From the NCBI GenBank assembly GCA_030674475.1, contig JAUSCZ010000022.1, positions 2,628-66,627 of the forward strand: a stretch of DNA of 64,000 nucleotides. Direction: 5' to 3'. Below the pieces are notes generated by a model. That model did no database searches and was not told the DNA's origin. It saw only the letters and a list, made by a program, of their open reading frames with translations. Shown piece by piece: positions 36,116 to 45,333 of the stretch; the first letter of the stretch is position 1, and the number at the start of each line of letters is the position of its first letter. The stretch is from Candidatus Omnitrophota bacterium. Its GTDB lineage: Bacteria; Omnitrophota; Gorgyraeia; Gygaellales; UBA12090. Made by a program: the position numbers and the translations under genes.

Positions 36116-36639
36116 TTAGTTTCTAAGAGGGAGTTTTGGAGGGCAAACTCTTCTTTTTCCAGGTCCTGACGGATAAATTCCTTAAGCTGTTCTTTAATTT
36201 GGTTGGTTTTGGCGTCTTCCTTAGCCTTAACTTTAGCGTCTAAAGCGTCAATTTTCTCGCGGTATTTTTCATTAGTGTCGTAGCGGTACTCCGAGATAAT
36301 ATGCGCCGGCAGTTTAATGGTATTGGCAAAGATACTCCACATCATTCTGGGAAAATGGGTAAGATATCTTCGGCCATAACTTTCAATCTGGCCCATGCGG
36401 ATATAATAGATCTCCACCATATCGTGCCTTCTGCTAAACCTGCTCTTGGCCAGGGCGAGGTCCTGGGGGGCTTTGTTTTCTAAATCCGTGGTGTATTCAG
36501 GAATGATATAGCCGAAACGAGCCACTGTCTGCCCGTCGTATTTTTCGGATTTCTGAAATCTATGCACTGTGCAGCCACCTAGAACCAGACAGGCGATTAA
36601 GGTGATAAATTTGTTTTTAAGGAGGAAGTCAGCGGCCAT
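36112..36639 (-). CDS. Hypothetical lipoprotein
   Basis: Lipobox LVLGGC after a signal peptide. 175 aa, no other recognisable motif. Confidence 0.5.
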   Translation of the reverse strand: MAADFLLKNKFITLIACLVLGGCTVHRFQKSEKYDGQTVARFGYIIPEYTTDLENKAPQDLALAKSRFSRRHDMVEIYYIRMGQIESYGRRYLTHFPRMMWSIFANTIKLPAHIISEYRYDTNEKYREKIDALDAKVKAKEDAKTNQIKEQLKEFIRQDLEKEEFALQNSLLETK

Positions 36640-37120
36640 AGAGCAATAAAGGGCGGTTTTTATAGATATACATGATCAAGACCAGCCAGAGCGCCAGGAA
36701 GATAACGGCGAAAACCAGGGAAAACCAAAAAAAGACCGCGTCTTTAATTTGAGGCCTTAGATCAATCACCATTGTTTTGGCGGCCTTATCCCCTATTCTT
36801 CTTCCCTGTTGATTCTTAAGCAGCACAAAATATTCTACCAGCGGTAAAACGGGGAGCACGATAAAGATATTCCTGATTATGGCCTGACTTATTTTAAGCG
36901 GCCGTTTTTTGACATCTATTACCTTTAGGCCGCAGGCAAGCTTACCCAGACTTCTTCCGCCAAAGGTATCCCGCAAAAGCATATAAAAAAGACAGTTAGT
37001 CCAGGCAGCCATCTTAGTCTCCAATAAGATGGCTAAGCAGATTCCCAGAGTTGAAGCCAAGCCGTAATCAATGATATAAGCGCATACCCTTTTATTCGGG
37101 CCGGGTTTATTAAATTCCAT
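36629..37120 (-). CDS. RDD family membrane protein
   Basis: RDD-like N-terminal motif (RVCAYIIDYGL...RDTFGGRSLGK) plus TM helices. Start assigned to MEFNKPG at 37120. Confidence 0.55.
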   Translation of the reverse strand: MEFNKPGPNKRVCAYIIDYGLASTLGICLAILLETKMAAWTNCLFYMLLRDTFGGRSLGKLACGLKVIDVKKRPLKISQAIIRNIFIVLPVLPLVEYFVLLKNQQGRRIGDKAAKTMVIDLRPQIKDAVFFWFSLVFAVIFLALWLVLIMYIYKNRPLLLYGR

Positions 37121-37139
37121 GTTTCCTTTTTTTGTATTA

Positions 37140-37255
37140 AGTAGTGCTATTGAACAATAGAACAATAGAAAATAGACCGCAATTGAGCGTTGTTTGTTTA
37201 TTGTTCTATTGTCTATTGTCTATTGCTCTATAAATTTTCGCATAGCGGAAATTTA
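37140..37255. repeat. Inverted repeat with CAATAGA tandem units plus hairpin AAATTTTCGCATAGCGGAAATTT, immediately 3' of tRNA-CAU
   Basis: GAACAATAGAACAATAGAAAATAGAC ... GTTCTATTGTCTATTGTCTATTGCTC. Confidence 0.55.
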
Positions 37256-37329
37256 TAGCGAGGGGCGGACTTGAACCGCCGACACTGCGGGTATGAGCCG
37301 CATGCTCTAACCAACTGAGCTACCTCGCC
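37256..37329 (-). tRNA. tRNA with CAU anticodon (Met or Ile2)
   Basis: GGCGAGGUAGCUCAGUUGGUUAGAGCAUGCGGCUCAUACCCGCAGUGUCGGCGGUUCAAGUCCGCCCCUCGCUA. Anticodon loop CUCAUAC. Confidence 0.7.
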
Positions 37330-37373
37330 ATCTTAGTGCCTATTTTACTGTATTTGGCCTGTTAAATAAAGAT

Positions 37374-38162
37374 TTATTTCTTCCGGTAGGCATCCAGATA
37401 GGAATCGCAGTAAATATGTTTATTCAAAATCAAATCCGAGGTTATTGCTCCATCCATCAGGTCTTTATCCAGAGGGTCTAGTATTGCCCCGTCTAAGCCG
37501 TAGCCTACGGCCATAATCATAAAGGTCTTGTTGATCAAGCCGCGCTGGCAGGTGCCCTGGGAAACATTGCTTAAACCCACCACCGTCTTGGGCGCCGGGT
37601 CAGAGATGATCTTAAACTCCCTTAGGGATTCTAAAATATCCTTCATCTGCGACTGGGCGACATTCACCGGCATCACAATCGGATCTAAAAAGAGGTCCTC
37701 CACGGGAAAACCTTTTTCCTGGGCCGAGGCCACAATCATAGCCGCCAATTCCAAGCGCTGGTCCTTATTCTGGGGGATGCCTTTTTTACTGATAGTCAGC
37801 CCGATCAGCCGGGCATTATATCTCATAGCCAGAGGAATAAGGATATCTAATTTTTCCTGGTCAGCAGTAGTGGAATTTATTATGGCCTTATTCTTGAGGA
37901 CTTTAAGCCCGGATTCAATCACTTGAGTCCGGCTGGAATCTATGGAAAGCGGTTTATCGGTAACCTCTTGAATAGTATTCACCAGCCACTGAATGTCGTT
38001 GATTGGGTCTTTTGAAGCCGGGCCGCAGTTTACATCCAGGGCGTCCGCGCCGGCCTTGATCTGTTCCAGGGCCTTATTCTGAATAATACTTTTATCTTTA
38101 GTCTGGATAGCCTTGCCGATATCCTTATACATCCCATTAATTAACTCACCGATTATAAACAT
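37374..38162 (-). CDS. acsE: Methyltetrahydrofolate:corrinoid/iron-sulfur protein methyltransferase (MeTr, pterin-binding)
   Basis: Pterin-binding TIM barrel similar to DHPS/MetH, 262 aa. Adjacent to the corrinoid Fe-S protein subunits. Confidence 0.7.
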   Translation of the reverse strand: MFIIGELINGMYKDIGKAIQTKDKSIIQNKALEQIKAGADALDVNCGPASKDPINDIQWLVNTIQEVTDKPLSIDSSRTQVIESGLKVLKNKAIINSTTADQEKLDILIPLAMRYNARLIGLTISKKGIPQNKDQRLELAAMIVASAQEKGFPVEDLFLDPIVMPVNVAQSQMKDILESLREFKIISDPAPKTVVGLSNVSQGTCQRGLINKTFMIMAVGYGLDGAILDPLDKDLMDGAITSDLILNKHIYCDSYLDAYRKK

Positions 38163-38233
38163 TTCTTCCTCCCTTTGGTCGTCAGAGATTACAGAGTACA
38201 GAGTACAGAAAAAACTATTATTCGCGAACTTCG

Positions 38234-39199
38234 CTATTCCTTCATTAATTCATCTATGTGTTTTCTGACTAATTCCACGGCTTTAGGATGACGCATCACC
38301 AAAATATCCGCTCCGGCCTGCAGGAAGGTGGTGGCGGTAAGTGCCTCCCAGGCAATACCCCGTTCTAACTGCTTTCCCCAGGTTGGAAATTCAGTTTCCG
38401 AGGCCTTGGCTTCTTTGGCTCTCCAGGCCTCATACCCCACAAAGCAAATAAAAGGCATTCCTAACATTTTATCCCCGGAGAGAGCGGCTAAGCGCGCCCG
38501 TTCCATTATGGAGTAGGCGTATTCCAGGCCGTAACCTAGAGCTCCCACCGTGGGGTTAATCACAATTCGTTCTATGGACATTGACATATCGCTGATGAGA
38601 ATATTAAGCTGTTTAGCAATATTTATGTCAATGGGTGACTGGGCGATAATGCTGTGTCCGTCGGCCAGCGCGCTGGCAGTTAAGGTTTTATAATTTGCCT
38701 GGACTGTTTCCCCAATCAATAGGCGCTCCCCCTTGGCGGCTTGAGAACATAGCGGCAATATTTCATTATCCCGCTTGTCCTCGCCGCAGCCGATTAAAAT
38801 CAAAGGGATGGTAGTAGCCTGTAAAATATCCTTAACTACCTTGGTTAATTGCTCAGCCGGTCTGTTTTGGGCGTCGGGATGGGCTCCGGCCAGACGCAGG
38901 CAGATCAGATCCGCCTTATAATCCTTTTCGCATTTCACCGCCCATTCCACCGGGTTTTTTATGGCTGGTCCGATAGCGGAAGTTAGGCTTTGCGGCCAGT
39001 CGTCCGGCTCGACATCCAGCACTTCCATAGCGATTACCGGCCGGTGAGGAGTCTTCCCTTCCGCGAACAAGAAAGGAAGCCCTTCTTCGCCTCCACAGCG
39101 GACTACCGACGAACGGGTTCCTCCCTCATCCTTAAGCGCCCCGATAGTTACCACGGCCACCGCGTTAGACCACTTTTCTTTAACCAAATCCAGTGCCAT
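38234..39199 (-). CDS. acsD: Corrinoid iron-sulfur protein small subunit (CdhD/AcsD)
   Basis: 321 aa with a TIM-barrel CFeSP delta-subunit pattern (ICLRLAGAHPD...GYGLEYAYS). Follows cooC. Confidence 0.7.
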   Translation of the reverse strand: MALDLVKEKWSNAVAVVTIGALKDEGGTRSSVVRCGGEEGLPFLFAEGKTPHRPVIAMEVLDVEPDDWPQSLTSAIGPAIKNPVEWAVKCEKDYKADLICLRLAGAHPDAQNRPAEQLTKVVKDILQATTIPLILIGCGEDKRDNEILPLCSQAAKGERLLIGETVQANYKTLTASALADGHSIIAQSPIDINIAKQLNILISDMSMSIERIVINPTVGALGYGLEYAYSIMERARLAALSGDKMLGMPFICFVGYEAWRAKEAKASETEFPTWGKQLERGIAWEALTATTFLQAGADILVMRHPKAVELVRKHIDELMKE

Positions 39200-39204
39200 A
39201 TTCT

Positions 39205-39270
39205 CTTCCTTTCTCGCCGTTTTATTTGGGGGTCAAACCTCAACCTTAGAAGTTAGTTTCTATTGTTGAG
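39205..39270. other. Strong 17-bp-stem hairpin between cooC and acsD
   Basis: GGGGGTCAAACCTCAAC-(20 nt)-GTTGAGGTCTGACCCCC. Confidence 0.6.
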
Positions 39271-40021
39271 GTCTGACCCCCAATATTTTATCCAGTATAT
39301 TTTTTAATTCTTTATAGGCTTGGGATGATTCCTCAAGATGGGTGATGGATTTGCCCTGGCGGCTTAAGCTTAACAGGGACTCGTCTTCAGGGATGACTCC
39401 GATCAGCTCAACTCCTAATTCCTCGATTTTATCTTTAAGAAAAATCTGAGGACAGCGGTTGAGCAATAAGTAAACCTTTCTGACTTCGATCTCCAGCTCT
39501 TTAACTAAGTTGATTATCCTTTTGGCCGCCCGCAGTCCGGCCTCGGAAGAATCCGAAACCAGCAGTAGGCGATCCGCCCGGCGCATTGTCCTTCGCGAGA
39601 GATGCTCAAATCCGGCCTCATTATCAATCACGATATAGTCGTAATCATCGGCTAATCTTTTAAGCAGGGTCCTCAGGAGGTTATTCACGAAGCAGTAGCA
39701 GCCCGGCCCCTCGGGACGGCCCATAGCCAGAAGGTCAAAACCGTCTTCCTCTATGATGCTGGTCTGGATGCGGTAATCAATATAGGCATCCTTGGTCATC
39801 CCCGTGGGGATACTGGCGGGATTTTTGGCCACGAAATCCACAATCGTCCCGATGTCATCCTTGGTTTTTAGGCCTAAGCTCTCGGCTAAATTGCTGTTGG
39901 GGTCGGCGTCTATGCCTAAGACCGTGCCGGTCTTGCGCTTAGCCAGCAGACTGACCAAAAGTGAGGATATGGTGGTTTTTCCGGTTCCGCCTTTTCCGGC
40001 GATGGCGATGATAAAGCTCAT
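39260..40021 (-). CDS. cooC: CO dehydrogenase/acetyl-CoA synthase nickel-insertion ATPase (CooC/AcsF, MinD/ParA family)
   Basis: Deviant Walker A IAIAGKGGTGKTT, 253 aa. Confidence 0.75.
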   Translation of the reverse strand: MSFIIAIAGKGGTGKTTISSLLVSLLAKRKTGTVLGIDADPNSNLAESLGLKTKDDIGTIVDFVAKNPASIPTGMTKDAYIDYRIQTSIIEEDGFDLLAMGRPEGPGCYCFVNNLLRTLLKRLADDYDYIVIDNEAGFEHLSRRTMRRADRLLLVSDSSEAGLRAAKRIINLVKELEIEVRKVYLLLNRCPQIFLKDKIEELGVELIGVIPEDESLLSLSRQGKSITHLEESSQAYKELKNILDKILGVRPQQ

Positions 40022-40057
40022 ATTCCTCCACTGTGCTTAAGGAGTAACTGGTTTTTA

Positions 40058-40095
40058 CCCCTCCCCGCCTCCCCTTGCTAAGGGGAGGATTTCTT
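40058..40095. repeat. MITE/REP-like palindromic element copy 3 (variant TTGCTA centre)
   Basis: CCCCTCCCCGCCTCCCCTTGCTAAGGGGAGGATTTCTT overlaps the last 6 codons and stop of the RACo gene (..GKKSSP*). Confidence 0.8.
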
Positions 40096-42027
40096 ACCAG
40101 TTACGCTGGGAAACTTAGATAAATCCGTATGGGGAAAAAACAAGGATGCCATATATTCATCCATATACCCCGGCTCAACCGACAGTTCAAAATAGGTTAT
40201 CTTTTTGGCAATCTCATCCGCGTCCATAATCGCCTCGTGGGAAAGCAGTATCTGTCGCGCGCCTACCAGGGAGCTGTTACCCACAAAGACAAATTTCTCT
40301 CTTGGTAGATCCGGCAGTAAACCGATAAATATGGCGTTGGGCATATCCACATAGGTGCCGAATCCTCCGCCGATATACACTTGCTCCAAATCATTAAAAC
40401 CAAACCCCATATGATTAACCAGCATTGCCGAGGCGGCGTATATCGCCCCTTTTGCCCGTTTTATATTCTCAATATCCATCTCATTAACTATCAGGTCGAC
40501 AGTTGTGCCGAGGCCTTCTTTAAAAGCAAGCACAAATTCCCGACCATACTCTCCTTCACGAATACGCCTATGGATGAGCTTAGGATCAAATTTTCCGCCG
40601 CGGTCAATAATCCCGGCCCTTAATAACTCGGCTATCGCGTCAATATAACCCGAACCGCAGACCCCGGATGCCGGGGTATCCAGGATAGTAGAATAAGTTA
40701 CCTCAAAGGTCTCAGGATTAATTTTTACCTTTTGGATCGCGCCTCGGGATGCCCGCATGCCGCAGGTAACCCCACTGCCTTCAAAGGCCGGCCCGGCGGA
40801 GGCCGCGCAGGCAATCAGCCAGTCTTTGCTCCCCAGGACTATTTCGCCGTTAGTGCCGATATCAATCAACAGGCTTAATTTCTCGGTCTTATCCATGCCG
40901 CAGGCTAAAACCCCCGCGGTAATATCTCCTCCCACATAGCTGGATATCCCGGGCACGCAGGCCAGAAGCCCGCGGGGATTTATTTTAATCCCGGCCTCAT
41001 AAGCCCTGACCACCGGAATAAAATTGGCCGTAGGCACATAAGGCTCCCTGCGAATATAGGTAGGGTCAACCCTAAGCAAAAGATGCATCATAGTGGTATT
41101 TCCAGCGCACAAACAGCAGGTTACATCATTGAGGTCAATATTGTTTTCCCGGGTCAGCTCCTGAATCATCAGATTCATCTCATCAATTACCGCGTGATGC
41201 AATTTCTCCAGGCCGTCGGTGCCCTGAGCAAAGATAATCCGGGTAATCACATCCGAGCCGTAAGAGGCCTGCTTATTGTAGGCGGCCTTGGTGCCGAGTA
41301 TTTTTTTGGTATTTAAGTCAATCAGCTGTCCGCAAATAGTAGTGGTGCCGATATCAAAGGCGAATCCAAAGTTGCGCTTTGAGGTATCTCCCGGCTCAAG
41401 TATCACAATTTCGGTGGTGCCGTTACGTTTGCCTAAAGTCGCGGTAATCTTCCAATCGCTTGAGCGCAATAGTTCTCCCAGCCTTCTAATATTAGACAGG
41501 CCGGTTTGTAACACCGGGAGGTCCTGCAAAGAACGGATTTGCCGGTAAAGCCGTTCCAAATCGCTGATTTTATCCTCCAGATTAGGCTTGGGCAGGTCCA
41601 GATATAGTTTACTGGCCAAAGGAGAGTGGATAAAGATATTTTCTCCTAAGATAGAGTCACCCTTATCCGTGTCCTCCGGCTCACTGAATATGCCTTTAAG
41701 CCGAAGCATATGGGCGTCATCTTTGGCCAATGTCCCGGAGTCTAAGCGGGATTCAGCCGGCACCTCTACCTCCAGATCGCTCTGGGCAACGCTAAGACAA
41801 GAAAGATGGTAGCCCTTTTTCCTCTCCTCAGCGCTGATTCTTCCGGTAGGCAAACTGACGGCCTGGCCTTTTTTAAGGATCACCTTACAGCGGCCACAGA
41901 CCCCGTCTCCGCCGCAGCTGGAATTGATATGTATTCCGGCAGAGATAGCCGCCGAAAGCAGGGTTATCCCCTTTTCCACTTCTACGGTTTTGTTGTCCGG
42001 TAAAAAAGTTATTTTGAATTTATCCAT
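40078..42027 (-). CDS. Reductive activator of corrinoid Fe-S protein (RACo): N-terminal 2Fe-2S ferredoxin domain plus ASKHA ATPase
   Basis: N-terminal plant-type ferredoxin cysteines CGGDGVCGRC and a long DUF4445/ASKHA body. 649 aa, located between acsC and cooC. Confidence 0.7.
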   Translation of the reverse strand: MDKFKITFLPDNKTVEVEKGITLLSAAISAGIHINSSCGGDGVCGRCKVILKKGQAVSLPTGRISAEERKKGYHLSCLSVAQSDLEVEVPAESRLDSGTLAKDDAHMLRLKGIFSEPEDTDKGDSILGENIFIHSPLASKLYLDLPKPNLEDKISDLERLYRQIRSLQDLPVLQTGLSNIRRLGELLRSSDWKITATLGKRNGTTEIVILEPGDTSKRNFGFAFDIGTTTICGQLIDLNTKKILGTKAAYNKQASYGSDVITRIIFAQGTDGLEKLHHAVIDEMNLMIQELTRENNIDLNDVTCCLCAGNTTMMHLLLRVDPTYIRREPYVPTANFIPVVRAYEAGIKINPRGLLACVPGISSYVGGDITAGVLACGMDKTEKLSLLIDIGTNGEIVLGSKDWLIACAASAGPAFEGSGVTCGMRASRGAIQKVKINPETFEVTYSTILDTPASGVCGSGYIDAIAELLRAGIIDRGGKFDPKLIHRRIREGEYGREFVLAFKEGLGTTVDLIVNEMDIENIKRAKGAIYAASAMLVNHMGFGFNDLEQVYIGGGFGTYVDMPNAIFIGLLPDLPREKFVFVGNSSLVGARQILLSHEAIMDADEIAKKITYFELSVEPGYMDEYMASLFFPHTDLSKFPSVTGKKSSP

Positions 42028-42038
42028 ATTTACATAGT

Positions 42039-42067
42039 AGGGAACGGTTTAGAACCGTTCCCTACGT
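42039..42067. repeat. Palindrome GTAGGGAACGGTTTAGAACCGTTCCCTAC (family H, copy 3)
   Basis: Lies between the acsC stop and the RACo start. Confidence 0.7.
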
Positions 42068-43393
42068 TAAATTCTTTAAAAACGACGGGATGCCGGCGGC
42101 CTCTTTGGGCCCGACCACGATTTTCCAACCGCTTTTTTCTTCCAACTCCCCGCTCATTACCGCCACATATCCCGGGATAATTAAATTGCGGTGCTTGAGC
42201 TTCTCTTCAATCCCGGATTTCTTCAGACTGTCGGAGATTTTATCCGGGGTGAATTTCTCGGCGGCCCAGGCAGTCAGAACCGACATCCCCTCAGTATCCA
42301 CACTTAAGATATTCGTGGGAACCTTACTGGCCTCCACTTCCCCTAATACCGTGTAGTAGCTAAGAGAGAAATTAGTGGTAACCAGAACCGGAGAGTTTTC
42401 AGTGGTGTTTCCGATTGGATAAAGCTTGGGCTCAATCTGTAAAGGCTTCTGGGGATCGGTGTAGATATTCTGGCGCAGGGTAAGCAGTGAGAGGACTGCC
42501 CACTCCTCAAGGGTATTCAGCAAAATTATTCCGGCGTATTTGGCAAGATAATCTCCGGCCTTAATCAACTCCTGGTAAGAATCTAATTTTTCTATTACCG
42601 CGATAACCGGATAACCCAAATTGCGGTTATTCTTTTTTAAGGCCTGACGACGAATCTGGGTCAGTTCCCCGAGGGTTCGCGAGGGCTTATTATTGGTATT
42701 TACCGCGATAAGAATATCCTGAAGGCCGGATTCTTTAACCTTGGCGGCGAGCTCAGAAAGGCTATCAATGGAATCCGCCTTAACCGCCAAGGAAGCGCCG
42801 TACTCCTTAGCCAGGATTGAGAAAGCGTTTAAGTTCTCGGAATCGGCCGCGTAGATAAGCGGTTTTTTACCGGCTAATATCTTTAAGGCGTCCCCCAGGG
42901 CGGTTTTGTCGTTACTGATTAAAGCCAGCGGCTGATTAATCCCTAAAACCAGCTTAAGGACTTCGATGAATCTTTCCCCGGTTTGAGTTTGTTTTATGGC
43001 AATGAGATCGGTCTTAATCAACTGCCCCACCCGCTCAAAGTGAAACTGCTTTATCTTTTCCAAGCGCTGGGTTATTTCCTGGTTGGAAAGGCTGTCTTCA
43101 ATAATAAATCCAATGGCGCAGGGGTGATGAAATTTCTCCTCGTGACGAAAAAGAACGGTTTCATTTCCCACCTCCACCTTGTTGGCATCATCTCCTAAAG
43201 TAATTAATTTTATCGGCGGCTGGGACTGCGCCTCCAGGGCGGCCTTGGCCTGTTCGCTGACAAAAGGACATTTAGCCAATACCACCGCTTTTTTGGCTAA
43301 AGAAAGGGCGAAGGCCAGACAGGTGGGGAATCCGCACTGGCGGCAGTTGGTTTTAGGAAGAAGTTTGTAGATATCTAATCCGGATAAAGCCAT
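42062..43393 (-). CDS. acsC: Corrinoid iron-sulfur protein large subunit (CdhE/AcsC)
   Basis: N-terminal 4Fe-4S motif CRQCGFPTCLAFA...KCP, then TIM-barrel and B12-binding regions. 443 aa. Confidence 0.75.
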   Translation of the reverse strand: MALSGLDIYKLLPKTNCRQCGFPTCLAFALSLAKKAVVLAKCPFVSEQAKAALEAQSQPPIKLITLGDDANKVEVGNETVLFRHEEKFHHPCAIGFIIEDSLSNQEITQRLEKIKQFHFERVGQLIKTDLIAIKQTQTGERFIEVLKLVLGINQPLALISNDKTALGDALKILAGKKPLIYAADSENLNAFSILAKEYGASLAVKADSIDSLSELAAKVKESGLQDILIAVNTNNKPSRTLGELTQIRRQALKKNNRNLGYPVIAVIEKLDSYQELIKAGDYLAKYAGIILLNTLEEWAVLSLLTLRQNIYTDPQKPLQIEPKLYPIGNTTENSPVLVTTNFSLSYYTVLGEVEASKVPTNILSVDTEGMSVLTAWAAEKFTPDKISDSLKKSGIEEKLKHRNLIIPGYVAVMSGELEEKSGWKIVVGPKEAAGIPSFLKNLT

Positions 43394-43413
43394 ATTTTCT
43401 CCTCACTTTATGT

Positions 43414-43441
43414 GCGATAAATCGCACCGCTACGGTAGCGG
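43414..43441 (-). promoter_or_regulatory. Conserved motif GCGATAAATCGC-ACCGCTACGGTAGCGG, copy B, ending 20 nt upstream of the acsC ATG
   Basis: Same core and same spacing to the start codon as the copies at 21706 and 50335. GAGGAG Shine-Dalgarno lies between motif and ATG. Confidence 0.6.
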
Positions 43442-43472
43442 CGTCACTTATGACGCCTACAAACGGCGCGTT

Positions 43473-43889
43473 TTATCGCGATAGAAAAATAGATCTGACC
43501 CCTTTTTTATAAAACTCCATGGCTATCTTTTCTGATGTAAGATGGTCAACCGCGGACTTGAGCCTTTCAAGAGTCTCCTCACTTAAAAAGACAGTCAACT
43601 CTTTTGTCGTCTTGAGATCGCGGAAATTGACCTTGATTGCTTTCCCGCCATATTTCGCGATATTACCTTTACCGTAGGTGCAGCCGGTAGAGAGCTGTAA
43701 TCCGTCAATAAGGCAGGACTTGGGCTTGTTTTTCGCTCCCCAGACTTTTACCTCCAGGCCAAAATGCGGCCGGGCCCGCATTTTTTTTAAAGCATACTCA
43801 CCCATCAAGAGGCCTAAAACCAAATAAGGGCCTAAATGGCCGTGAAAATCAATTGCTGTTTTTAGTTGGATCTTTAATATTCTTCGCAT
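43473..43889 (-). CDS. FmdE/FwdE-domain protein
   Basis: DFHGHLGPYLVLGLLMG matches the HGH-containing FmdE domain core. 138 aa, lacks the usual C-terminal zinc ribbon. Confidence 0.45.
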   Translation of the reverse strand: MRRILKIQLKTAIDFHGHLGPYLVLGLLMGEYALKKMRARPHFGLEVKVWGAKNKPKSCLIDGLQLSTGCTYGKGNIAKYGGKAIKVNFRDLKTTKELTVFLSEETLERLKSAVDHLTSEKIAMEFYKKGVRSIFLSR

Positions 43890-43918
43890 AGCACAGAATC
43901 ATGTAAAATCTTTAGCGC

Positions 43919-45301
43919 TCAAGAGGCAGATTTTACTTGATTTTTAAGGTAGTTGTCTATTGCCAGGGCGGCTTTTTTGCCCGCGCCCATTGCCGCGATT
44001 ACCGTATCCGCGCCGGTTACTATATCTCCCCCGGCAAATACTCCCGGAATTGAAGTCATCAAGTTTTCATCCACAAAAATCGTTCCCTGAGGATTGACTT
44101 TAATCCGGCTTTCCGCTTTTCCCAGCAGGGGATTGGGAGTTTGGCCTATAGCCACGATAACCGTATCCACATCTAAAACAAAATCGGAATCTTTGAGTGG
44201 AAGAGGTCTCTTTCTTCCTGAGGCATCCGGCTCGCCTAATTTCATTTTCTGGCACTCCAGACCCCGGACAAAGCCCTTATCGTCACCCAATATCCTTAGC
44301 GGTTGAGTCAAAAGCTGTAAATGCACCCCTTCTTCCTGGGCATTCTCTATTTCTTCAATCCTGGCCGGCATCTCTGTTTCAGTGCGGCGGTAGACTATAC
44401 TAACTTCACAGCCCAGCCGCAAAGCGCACCGGGCGCTGTCAAAAGCCACATTACCCGCCCCGATCACCGCGATTTTTTTGCCGATATTGATGGGGGTTTT
44501 ATACTCGGGAAATTTATAGGCCTTCATCAGGTTTATCCGGGTCAGGAATTCATTCGCGGAATACACCCGGTCCAGATTCTCACCCGGTATGCCCAAAAAC
44601 TGAGGTAGGCCGGCCCCCAGGCCAAGGAAGACCGCCCGATAACCTTTCTCAAAAAGTTCATTTAGGCTAAAGGTCTTCCCGATTAAAATATCGGTTTTTA
44701 TTTCTACCCCTAAACCTTGGATATACCCTAATTCTTCGGCTACGATTTTTTTAGGCAGGCGGAATTCAGGTATGCCGTAGGAAAGCACCCCTCCGGCTGA
44801 ATGCAGGGATTCAAAGAGCGTAACTAAAAAACCCATTTTAGCAAGGTCAGCCGCTGCTGTCAAGCCCGCAGGGCCGGAACCAACCACCGCGATTTTTAAA
44901 TTGTTTTTCTTTGCTGACTGCTGACTGCCGACTGCCGACTGCTTTCCGTAATCCGAGGCGTATCTTTCCAACGCTCCGATGTTTATAGGAATATTTTTCT
45001 TATTTAAAATACACCTGCCTTCACATTGGTCTTCCTGCGGACAGACCCGGCCGCAGACCGCGGGCAGGTTATTTTTTTCTTTGATTTTCCTTAAAGCTTC
45101 TTCGGGCTTATTCTCTCTCAGCAGGCGGATAAAGGAAGGGATATCGATACCTACCGGACAGCCCTTTACGCATAAAGGCTCCTTGCATAAAAGACAGCGC
45201 TCTGTCTCTAATCGCGCCTGGTCATTAGAATACCCACAAGAAACCTCGGAGAAGTTTTTTATCCTTTCTCCTATATCCTGTTGTTTAGCTTTATTGCGCA
45301 T
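43919..45301 (-). CDS. nfnB: NADH-dependent reduced ferredoxin:NADP+ oxidoreductase large subunit (NfnB / GltD-like / SudA)
   Basis: Two N-terminal 4Fe-4S clusters (CLLCKEPLCVKGCP; CGRVCPQEDQCEGRC) plus FAD/NAD(P) Rossmann AVVGSGPAGLTAA. 460 aa. Confidence 0.75.
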   Translation of the reverse strand: MRNKAKQQDIGERIKNFSEVSCGYSNDQARLETERCLLCKEPLCVKGCPVGIDIPSFIRLLRENKPEEALRKIKEKNNLPAVCGRVCPQEDQCEGRCILNKKNIPINIGALERYASDYGKQSAVGSQQSAKKNNLKIAVVGSGPAGLTAAADLAKMGFLVTLFESLHSAGGVLSYGIPEFRLPKKIVAEELGYIQGLGVEIKTDILIGKTFSLNELFEKGYRAVFLGLGAGLPQFLGIPGENLDRVYSANEFLTRINLMKAYKFPEYKTPINIGKKIAVIGAGNVAFDSARCALRLGCEVSIVYRRTETEMPARIEEIENAQEEGVHLQLLTQPLRILGDDKGFVRGLECQKMKLGEPDASGRKRPLPLKDSDFVLDVDTVIVAIGQTPNPLLGKAESRIKVNPQGTIFVDENLMTSIPGVFAGGDIVTGADTVIAAMGAGKKAALAIDNYLKNQVKSAS

Positions 45302-45333
45302 CTATTCTTATTCGTATCTTCTCAATCCGTATC